The notes under the pieces: generated by a model | The model's database searches: none | What the model saw: the letters and a program-made list of their open reading frames with translations, nothing else | What the model was told of the DNA's origin: nothing | NCBI GenBank assembly: GCA_020721645.1 | Contig: DYMH01000002.1 | Coordinates: forward strand, 4,793 to 68,792 | DNA from: Draconibacterium orientale | Lineage (GTDB): Bacteria > Bacteroidota > Bacteroidia > Bacteroidales > JAADGE01 | Direction of reading: 5' to 3' | DNA length: 64,000 nt | In this document: positions 56,953 to 64,000 of the stretch, in pieces | Layout of the letters: every line of letters begins with the position of its first letter | Position numbering within the stretch: the first letter of the stretch is position 1 | Translations under genes and position numbers: made by a program

Positions 56953-59900
56953 TTATAATTCCCGTACCATTGCTCCCCATTTTTTATCGACTTTAAAATT
57001 GTGTTTCAAATAATAATTTCCCAACAAAAAGTGAGCTTTTACGGTTTTTATGTTGAGTGCCGACATACGCACAAAAAAGTCTTCAATCATTGCCGAGCCA
57101 ATTCCCCGACCTTGCAATGGCGATGAAACAACCGTACCGTCCAATAAAACGATATTGTTTTCCACTTTTCGGTAGCACAATGCTGCAACCACTTTTTCGT
57201 CCGAATCCGTAACAATCAAATGACGATCGGCAGCAGAAATCTCTTTCGGATAATTTTCTTTAAAGAATAATTTGTACGATTCGCCTACTTCCCAAGCTTC
57301 GAGCGGCTCACGCATAGTGTATTCAATCCCTTTTTTATCGACCAAAGTGGAATGAATCATAAGGTCGGTTCGTGTTTTATGCTCTGTTTTCACAAAATCT
57401 AATCTTTTTTCTGATTTTGCTTTTGGGAATATCATATTTACCAAAACGTTTCGGTCTTTTTTTCTTGGTAAAACAGATTGTAAATCAGATAATTCAGTTA
57501 AAAATGACAACGAAGCTGAAGGCGTTTTTTTATAAGCTTTCAGCATTTTATCGAAAGCTGTTATAACATCATGCGAAGAGTTGCCGAAATATGTTTCCCG
57601 ATAAAAATAATAACGAATTAAATCAGAATATTTTTTTAATTGGTAGAGTTCGTAGAGTTCCGTGATTGTTTGATGTTTTGCCGAAGAATCTGCCGCCGGA
57701 TTGAGTTTTTCCCAGTCTTTGTATCGTTCCGCAGCATTAAAAAGTGCTAAGGGTAAATAGTGTTTTTGCGGCAAAGCTTTTAAATAATTATCCAAAGCAT
57801 CTGCTAATTCGGTAAGTCCGCTTTGTGTTTGCTTAAGAGTTTGTAAATCGCGGTTCATACTTTGAAGGATTTTATTTGCCTCATCTATATCTGTTGTTTC
57901 GAGGCAGGCATGAAAAATCCAATTTAATTTCAAGGACTTTTTCAAATTCGGATAGTGAGCCTTAGGCATTTGATAGAAATTTTGATACATCGCACGGATT
58001 AAATCACTTTCCGATTCTTGATTTCGACTTGCGGTGAGAGAAATAATGGTGCAGTTGTCGGAAAAATCGGCTTCGGGAACTACAACATTATGCGGCGAAA
58101 CAGAGCCGGGAAGCAGTTTTCGCCCGGCGAGAAGCCATGCTTTAAAAAATACTGACAACGAACGAATATACAATTTACGAAGTTCGTTTGTTTTGGTAAG
58201 TGGTTTGAAACTATTTTGTGTTTCGGCAGAAATACGAATTTTTTCCCAAGCCGTAATTCGATTGATGTAGCGATATGAAACAATTTCCAATTGTGGCGTG
58301 CAACTTCCGAATCGGGGCAGGGGCGAAGTCCCTTTGGGATAGCCGGATAAGGCGATGTATCGAAGTATGGTTTGTTGCCCGGCTGTGCTTGGAATATTGG
58401 GGTCGATAACAACGTGCAAATCGAAATGTTTTTCGCTTAACGTATTGATACTGATACGAAAATGTGGTGCAGAGTGAAAACTCTTTATCGTTGATACCCA
58501 GATTCCTTGCGGTGGCACTGTATCGATGTCAAAATCCGTTTCGCCGAATATCAACATCACTGAGAACGACAGAAAATTAGTCCCTGCAATGCGTTCGATG
58601 AGCTGTTTTTTTTCGTTTTCAAAAACCGTTTCATCAAAAACAAAGATTTTATTTAATTTTTCAAGGTTTAAAGGTTTGTAAATGTTATTAAATTTTTCTT
58701 CGAGCCGGTCGTAAAGTTTGTAAAATAATATTTCGGCTTGTTGTGATAATATCGGGTCGCCATGAAATTGTGCCCACGAAGCAAATTCGGAACGTACCGA
58801 AGCATAATTTTCGGGATGGCTGATACCAAAATTCAGTAAGAGGTTAAAAATTGTAAGAAATTGCTTTCGGTTAGTTTCCGAAACGGGCCACGAAAGATTG
58901 CGACGGTATGCCAAAAGCCGCAGTCGCAGCGATTCCAAATGGCGTTTGCCCATGTCGGAACGGGCGATAATTGCAATGGATTCCGGGGTAAGAAAAGTTT
59001 TTCCGGAGCGTAGAAATGCCGGAAATGCCGAATTGTGGGTTCTGTCGGTATCTTTCATCAGCAAAATTCGATACGCATAGACTCGAATTTCTTCGTTTTT
59101 ATGTTCCGATAAGGCTTCCAAGCGACGACGTATGATTTCGATTACATTTATCTCGCTTTCCGACAGCAGATTTTCGATACTCTGCAAGGCACTGAAAATT
59201 AATTCCGAATTTCCGTGCAAAATGCAATATAATAAATGGTTGATATGATTAAAATTTTTATCCTTTGTCAATCTGACAGAATCAAAATATGTTTCATCAC
59301 GTTCAATACTTTGAGCGGGTAGGCGTATTTCGCTCGAAAAACTTTTCAGTGGCATGTCGTAGTTCAGGCGGCAGATTGTGAAATCGGGCAGCGAAGGATT
59401 ACCCGCCCACAAACGCGGTTGATTGAATAAAATACCCAAATCAACCTTTCGGTCCGAAACCGAATATTCGATATCACCGATTTGAAGTGTATCATTTTCG
59501 GCATTGTATTTTAGCGATAATTTTTTACCGTTTCTGCGGTTCAAAATACCGTCTTCATAAAGAATTAAATCTGTTTCTATAATTCCAAGGTCGATAAAAA
59601 TACGACGGGGAACGATGATTTCGTACTCATTGAAATTTAAAATTACCTGCGGATTTTGATACAGTTTTTCGATAATTTCGATATGATTTTTTTCGATATT
59701 TTTTCGTTTAAAAGAACCTTTCGGCGTGAGTTCGTCGCGAGTTTCGGAAAAATCTGTTTTGATTTCGGTATAGCTTACAATACGCTCATACGGAGCTAAA
59801 TCTTTGTTTGCCGCTGTGATTATTTGGCAGAAATATTCATCTCGGTCGATTTCCGATTTTATTGATGAAAGAACCGAATCTTCTTCGTTAGGAACAATCA

Positions 59901-61485
59901 GCAGAACATTATAAGCTCGTCCGTCGCCTGCCAGAAAACAGCGTTTGATTCCCGGAACTTCCGAAAATTTGTTTTCTATCATTCCGGGAGCAACTGTCTG
60001 TCCTTTATTATTTTTGTAGATATCCTTAACACGGTCTATTATTTCGTGAAATCCATTGATATCGATTCTGAAAACATCGCCGGTAGGAAACCAAAAATCG
60101 TCTTCATCGGTAAATGGAATATTTGTGGTTTGCGAAACACTTTCAAAATATCGCCCTAAATAATGACTTTTTATTTCCAACTCGCCCGTTTCGGCAAGTC
60201 GTGTGAGCATTCCCGGGAGCGGAATGCCTGTTGTTCCTTCCCGATAATGCCCGGGAGGTGTCATGGTGATTCCGCCTGTGGCTTCCGTCATGCCGAAACC
60301 GCTGCTCAATTCGATGCCGTATTTTTGAAAGAAACGAAATATTTTCGGGTCCAAAAATCCTGCGGCGGATATGCCCCATTTCAGTCGGGTGCCGGTATGT
60401 TGTCGGATTATTTTCTCTTTATCCGCCTCGCTGTGCGATTCGCATGCCCGAACACAGGTATCGTAGAGCTGAACCCAACGCAATGGTATGCTGATAAAAA
60501 TTGAAGGATTGATTTTTGTAAATAAGGATAAAAGTGTAGAAGTTGATTGATTTCCTGTGAAAACATAAGTTCCTCCCCAATAAATTGTTCCGGTAAGTTC
60601 TAAAAAACGACCGAAAGTGTGAAATAATGGTAAATAGGACAGCATCACTTCATTTTCGCCGATTTCGGGGAGAGCGATTCCGCGTGCAAATCGTTTGCTC
60701 AGCATGTTGTAGATTGAAAAGGCAACACCTTTCGGCATTCCGGTACTGCCCGAAGTGTACATTACGCTTGCCGTTTGAGACAATGTAAATCGCTTTCGAT
60801 TTGAAAGGATAGGTTCTATTTCGTTGCGAGACAGTTTTTTACATTCTTCGGCAAGGAAAAAATCGGCTTTCACTTCGCGAAAAAGCTCTTTTTCGGTAAC
60901 GATAATCTTTATTTTCAATCGATTTTCTTTAATCACCGATTTAAGCATCTCGAAGCGTTCTTTGGTGTCGGTAACTACCAGATTGACTTCGGTTTGCTTA
61001 AAAATATAGAGTAAATTTTCCTTATTGAAGTGAATATTCAGCGGCGTTACGAAAATGTCGTAAAACAGACAGGCTAAATCCACCGAAGCTCCTTCGACAC
61101 TGTTTTCGAGAAACAATGCAGCACGCGGACTGTTTTTTTGTTTGTGCAGAAAGGCGGCAATTTCTTTCAGATGTGCCTGAATTTGCAGATAGGAATGCAT
61201 TCTTGGACGGTCGGGAACCGACATGTCGGTAAAAAATGCTTTGTCGGGGTGCTGCGTTACAATGTGCTCAAATAAATCGCGAAAATGATAGTTTGATTCA
61301 CGAATTAATCGAAAAACACTATCCGACAGTTGTTCAGTTGTCGTTTTGGACAGGAAACCTTTAAGAAATTGGGGTTCTCGGCAAGCATTTAACAACTCAA
61401 AGATTTCTTCCCGGCTGAGTGTGTTTCTTAGGAGTAAATCGCCTATATTCAAATTATTAGATTTTGGATGCATTTTGTCGGGCAT
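56953..61485 (-). CDS. 1510-aa multidomain protein: N-terminal ANL-superfamily adenylate-forming (acyl-CoA synthetase-like) domain, about 750-aa unassigned helical region, C-terminal GNAT N-acyltransferase domain
   Basis: ANL core motifs are YTSGSTGMPKGV (aa 243-254, nt 60724-60759), GFGMTEATGG, FPTGDVF, DRVKDIYKNNKGQTVAPGMIE and TPKGSFKRKN. The GNAT acyl-CoA pocket motif is LQGRGIGSAMIEDF, about 50 aa from the C-terminus (nt about 57095-57125). I recognise no motif in aa about 620-1380. Confidence 0.8.
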   Translation of the reverse strand: MPDKMHPKSNNLNIGDLLLRNTLSREEIFELLNACREPQFLKGFLSKTTTEQLSDSVFRLIRESNYHFRDLFEHIVTQHPDKAFFTDMSVPDRPRMHSYLQIQAHLKEIAAFLHKQKNSPRAALFLENSVEGASVDLACLFYDIFVTPLNIHFNKENLLYIFKQTEVNLVVTDTKERFEMLKSVIKENRLKIKIIVTEKELFREVKADFFLAEECKKLSRNEIEPILSNRKRFTLSQTASVMYTSGSTGMPKGVAFSIYNMLSKRFARGIALPEIGENEVMLSYLPLFHTFGRFLELTGTIYWGGTYVFTGNQSTSTLLSLFTKINPSIFISIPLRWVQLYDTCVRACESHSEADKEKIIRQHTGTRLKWGISAAGFLDPKIFRFFQKYGIELSSGFGMTEATGGITMTPPGHYREGTTGIPLPGMLTRLAETGELEIKSHYLGRYFESVSQTTNIPFTDEDDFWFPTGDVFRIDINGFHEIIDRVKDIYKNNKGQTVAPGMIENKFSEVPGIKRCFLAGDGRAYNVLLIVPNEEDSVLSSIKSEIDRDEYFCQIITAANKDLAPYERIVSYTEIKTDFSETRDELTPKGSFKRKNIEKNHIEIIEKLYQNPQVILNFNEYEIIVPRRIFIDLGIIETDLILYEDGILNRRNGKKLSLKYNAENDTLQIGDIEYSVSDRKVDLGILFNQPRLWAGNPSLPDFTICRLNYDMPLKSFSSEIRLPAQSIERDETYFDSVRLTKDKNFNHINHLLYCILHGNSELIFSALQSIENLLSESEINVIEIIRRRLEALSEHKNEEIRVYAYRILLMKDTDRTHNSAFPAFLRSGKTFLTPESIAIIARSDMGKRHLESLRLRLLAYRRNLSWPVSETNRKQFLTIFNLLLNFGISHPENYASVRSEFASWAQFHGDPILSQQAEILFYKLYDRLEEKFNNIYKPLNLEKLNKIFVFDETVFENEKKQLIERIAGTNFLSFSVMLIFGETDFDIDTVPPQGIWVSTIKSFHSAPHFRISINTLSEKHFDLHVVIDPNIPSTAGQQTILRYIALSGYPKGTSPLPRFGSCTPQLEIVSYRYINRITAWEKIRISAETQNSFKPLTKTNELRKLYIRSLSVFFKAWLLAGRKLLPGSVSPHNVVVPEADFSDNCTIISLTASRNQESESDLIRAMYQNFYQMPKAHYPNLKKSLKLNWIFHACLETTDIDEANKILQSMNRDLQTLKQTQSGLTELADALDNYLKALPQKHYLPLALFNAAERYKDWEKLNPAADSSAKHQTITELYELYQLKKYSDLIRYYFYRETYFGNSSHDVITAFDKMLKAYKKTPSASLSFLTELSDLQSVLPRKKDRNVLVNMIFPKAKSEKRLDFVKTEHKTRTDLMIHSTLVDKKGIEYTMREPLEAWEVGESYKLFFKENYPKEISAADRHLIVTDSDEKVVAALCYRKVENNIVLLDGTVVSSPLQGRGIGSAMIEDFFVRMSALNIKTVKAHFLLGNYYLKHNFKVDKKWGAMVREL

Positions 61486-61575
61486 TGTGTTTTTTGTTTG
61501 ATTTTCCTTCGCAACCTATAGTTTTGAGAATTTGTAAATTTAAAATTATCGGTAAATAAAAGTAAAAAAAATAAT

Positions 61576-61708
61576 TGAGTTCGGTATAAAAAACTGAATT
61601 TGTGAAATCAAAGCCGCAAGGCGATTTTCTAATTAACTGTAAAACAGTTTTTTGTGATTTGATAATTTTACAAATATAATCGCCATGCGGCTTATTATAC
61701 CGGACTCA
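61576..61708 (-). promoter_or_regulatory. Nested GC-cored stem structure followed by a U-run on the minus strand, in the putative 5-prime leader of the 1510-aa gene
   Basis: Outer stem TGAGTTCGGTATAA (61576-61589) pairs with TTATACCGGACTCA (61695-61708). Inner stem AAGCCGCAAGGCGATT (61611-61626) pairs with AATCGCCATGCGGCTT (61678-61693). Central hairpin is AACTG-TAAAA-CAGTT. On the minus strand the closing stem is followed by ATTATTTTTTTT. Confidence 0.55.
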
Positions 61709-61861
61709 TTAGTAAATTACAGATATTATGTCTTGCATAAACGCTAAAATGCAAATTATTCAATATCAATGCTTTTGCGTTCTTTGCGACTTTGCGAGAT
61801 AAAAAATACCGAGCGATTAATCTGATTTATCCGGGTATAATTAAATTAGAATCCGATTATT

Positions 61862-62081
61862 AGAAACTGTTTAAAAATAGAGATAATTTACTTATTGACT
61901 ATCTCCGGCATTTATGCCGTGTTCTAAAAACCCGAACAAAGGCTTTAGCCAAAAATTTAGTTGCTTTTTTGGAGGGCTAAAGCCCGATTTCGTTTCTTTA
62001 TATTCTCCGGCATAAATGCCGGAGATAGTCATAATAAAACAAATTCAAAATTTTTAAACAGTTTCTTATAATGATTTTTTT
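61862..62081 (+). promoter_or_regulatory. Triple-nested palindrome followed by T7 on the plus strand, upstream of the choice-of-anchor-J-like gene
   Basis: AGAAACTGTTTAAAAAT (61862-61878) pairs with ATTTTTAAACAGTTTCT (62050-62066). GACTATCTCCGGCATTTATGCCG (61897-61919) pairs with CGGCATAAATGCCGGAGATAGTC (62008-62030). The inner pair is GGCTTTAGCC / GGCTAAAGCC. A perfect 22-nt palindrome TCTCCGGCATAAATGCCGGAGA lies at 62004-62025, and T7 at 62075-62081. Confidence 0.6.
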
Positions 62082-62239
62082 GACTACTCTTTTATTAAAT
62101 AATTTATACTTCTCATTTTCAATGCTTAATAAATACTACGTGAATTTAGTGAACAAATTAATTTTTTTTTTCGATTATTTCTTTTATTTTTACTTTCGGT
62201 TTATTAAAATAATTCATTACTCACTTAAAAAAAAATGTT

Positions 62240-64000
62240 ATGAACAAAAAAAATTTTACATTATTAATTGCCTTCACATTTCTTCTCGGAGGAATGGCAA
62301 GTGCACAAAAAAGTTTGACAGCTGAAACAGGGCTTGCAAAAAAACAATTCAGAGAAGGTAAAATTGTTAAACAAAACAATCATTTGAACAGCAAAGCTGC
62401 TATATTCTCGGAAGATTTTAGCGGTGGAGCATTACCCGCAGATTGGCAGAATATTGATAATTCAACAAACGGTTTTGTATGGGTTTTCACTAATCCGGGT
62501 GCACGAACAATTAACACAACAACCGGAGCCACCGGCTTTGCAATTGCCGACAGTGATAATTTAGGCGATGTTGGCGGGGAAGATTGCGATTTAATTACTC
62601 CAACCATCGATTGTTCTGCTTTGACAGTTGTTAAATTACGTTTCGAACATTATTTTTATGCAGGTTATGGCGGAGCAGGTGTTGTTTCTGTTTCCGGAAA
62701 TAACGGCTCAAATTGGACAGACCTCGAATCGTTTGGTGCTGCTTCAACAGCAAATGCAGCTGTTGCCGAATATGATATTTCAGCAGTTGCCGCAGGCTCT
62801 ACTTCTGTTTTAATAAAATGGAATTGGACCGGAGATTGGTCTTGGTATTGGGCAATAGACGATGTTTCTGTTTTTGAACCCGAAGCAAACGATTTAGCAG
62901 TTACTGCTGTTGCTCCTTCGGGATTAATAGGACATTTTGGTGTAACACCTAAAGTTACTGTTTTAAATAACGGTGGCACAGACCAAAGTACATATTCCGT
63001 CTTATTAGAAGACGGTGCCGGTTATTCGGAAACATTTAACTCAGGTGCTACGTTAGCAGCAGGTGCTTCACTTGAAATATTATTCCCTGAATGGATTCCT
63101 GCTGTTGGTGTTTATACATTAACTGCAACCGTAACTTTAGCCGGTGACGGAAATAACACAAATGATATTCTCGCTTCGACAGGAGAAGTTGTTGATGGCT
63201 TGTTATGGGGTGCAAATATAGATAATACAGGAAGCGAAAACGGGATTATTTCGACAGACTTGGGAGGAATAACACCCGGTTTGATTGAAACTGCTGATGA
63301 TTTTGAACTTCCCGCAGGTACTTGGTTTATTGATCAAATTACCTCAACTGGTTTTCAAAGTGCAGGAACATTAACCGGTTTCAGAGTAATAATATATGCA
63401 GATAACGCCGGCACACCCGGTGATGTTGTATTTGAAGAAGTTGTAGCTGAAACTAATGCCGATGAGCAAATTTTAACTTTTACCAATCCTTTAGTACTTC
63501 CGGGTGAAACTAAATATTGGCTTATGATTGCAGGCGTTTATCCAACAGCAACAGCCGTTAGTCAAGGTCGTTGGAATTGGTTTACATGGGATAATTTGAC
63601 CGGTTACGAAGCTAATTTGCGAGATCAACCCGCCGTTTTTGGAGTTGGTACAGATTGGAATGCTTTGTCCGCTATAGGTGTTACAGGTGCTGCTTCCACT
63701 AATTTTGCTATCTATGGTCATGTACCTTCTACCTCTTACGATATTACTTTCAACATAAATATGTTAGGAACAAATTCTACATTCAATGCTGCAACACAAG
63801 AAGTATATCTTTCGGGTAGTGTTTTCAATCCGGTTTGGCCAAAACCGGGTGAACTTCCCGCTGCTCAAATGACAGATGTTGATGCCGATGGTATTTATAC
63901 CATAACATTGACCTTAGATGCAGGTGATTATGAATATAAAACATTCTATATCAATACAGGCACACCTTCTTGGGATAATAGCTATACCGGAAATTTACCT
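62240..64000 (+). CDS. Secreted choice-of-anchor-J / MAM-like domain protein (5-prime partial, runs off the window)
   Basis: Hand translation from ATG 62240 is open for all 587 codons to the window end. It is absent from the ORF track because it has no in-window stop. Signal peptide MNKKNFTLLIAFTFLLGGMASAQ, then EDFSGGALPADWQNIDNS...GFAIADSD...WYWAIDDVSVFE. Confidence 0.75.
   Translation, partial: MNKKNFTLLIAFTFLLGGMASAQKSLTAETGLAKKQFREGKIVKQNNHLNSKAAIFSEDFSGGALPADWQNIDNSTNGFVWVFTNPGARTINTTTGATGFAIADSDNLGDVGGEDCDLITPTIDCSALTVVKLRFEHYFYAGYGGAGVVSVSGNNGSNWTDLESFGAASTANAAVAEYDISAVAAGSTSVLIKWNWTGDWSWYWAIDDVSVFEPEANDLAVTAVAPSGLIGHFGVTPKVTVLNNGGTDQSTYSVLLEDGAGYSETFNSGATLAAGASLEILFPEWIPAVGVYTLTATVTLAGDGNNTNDILASTGEVVDGLLWGANIDNTGSENGIISTDLGGITPGLIETADDFELPAGTWFIDQITSTGFQSAGTLTGFRVIIYADNAGTPGDVVFEEVVAETNADEQILTFTNPLVLPGETKYWLMIAGVYPTATAVSQGRWNWFTWDNLTGYEANLRDQPAVFGVGTDWNALSAIGVTGAASTNFAIYGHVPSTSYDITFNINMLGTNSTFNAATQEVYLSGSVFNPVWPKPGELPAAQMTDVDADGIYTITLTLDAGDYEYKTFYINTGTPSWDNSYTGNLP

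Noticed and set aside
57900-58150. Possible protein-kinase-like catalytic loop (PGSVSPHNVVVPE) in the middle of the 1510-aa protein
   Set aside because: The resemblance to the HGDLxxxN loops of atypical kinases rests on a few residues, the catalytic Asp is absent, and I see no glycine-rich loop or DFG equivalent. This is too weak to call without a profile or structure search.
62071-62325. 84-aa ORF overlapping the start of the final gene
   Set aside because: It is a poly-Phe/Tyr/Lys translation of an AT-rich leader in a different frame from the clearly coding, signal-peptide-bearing ORF that starts at 62240.

Overview
AT-rich chromosomal segment of a Bacteroidota-type genome. Supporting signs are a T9SS C-terminal sorting domain on a secreted GH13 enzyme, TTTG-N18/19-TAnnTTTG promoter motifs, no Shine-Dalgarno sequences, and the conserved block rpsU - tyrosine recombinase - hpf - tRNA(Thr,Tyr,Gly,Thr) - tuf - tRNA-Trp - secE - nusG - rplKAJL - rpoBC - DUF3467. 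The rest is mostly housekeeping metabolism: two GH13 alpha-glucan enzymes, an MtaD-like deaminase next to a PNP, a GlnA-like gene, SulP, fused isobutyryl-CoA mutase IcmF, pyrBI, fba, accD and an M16 peptidase. Two regions stand out. (1) At 16.3-28.1 kb, a NuoE/NuoF/HydA-type (bifurcating-type) [FeFe] hydrogenase operon is followed on the same strand by a HydS-like sensory hydrogenase domain fused to a histidine kinase, a CheY-like receiver and a receiver-kinase hybrid. It is flanked by a further receiver, a LuxR-type regulator and a Cache-PAS kinase, making it a candidate H2-sensing phosphorelay. (2) At 56.6-62.1 kb, a 1510-aa ORF joins an adenylate-forming (ANL) domain to a C-terminal GNAT through about 750 aa of unassigned sequence. 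Nested GC-cored palindromes that look like structured RNA leaders or trailers bracket it on both sides. Most of the longer intergenic spacers examined also hold imperfect palindromes built from tandem short words, and some words (AGACACAAG, TTGACAATGGA, TAATTNCTAA-type) recur at several loci. pyrBI is preceded by a leader-ORF plus terminator arrangement resembling the enterobacterial pyrL attenuator. No CRISPR array, rRNA, transposase or prophage genes were seen. All calls rest on reading the supplied translations and sequence by eye; no database search was possible.
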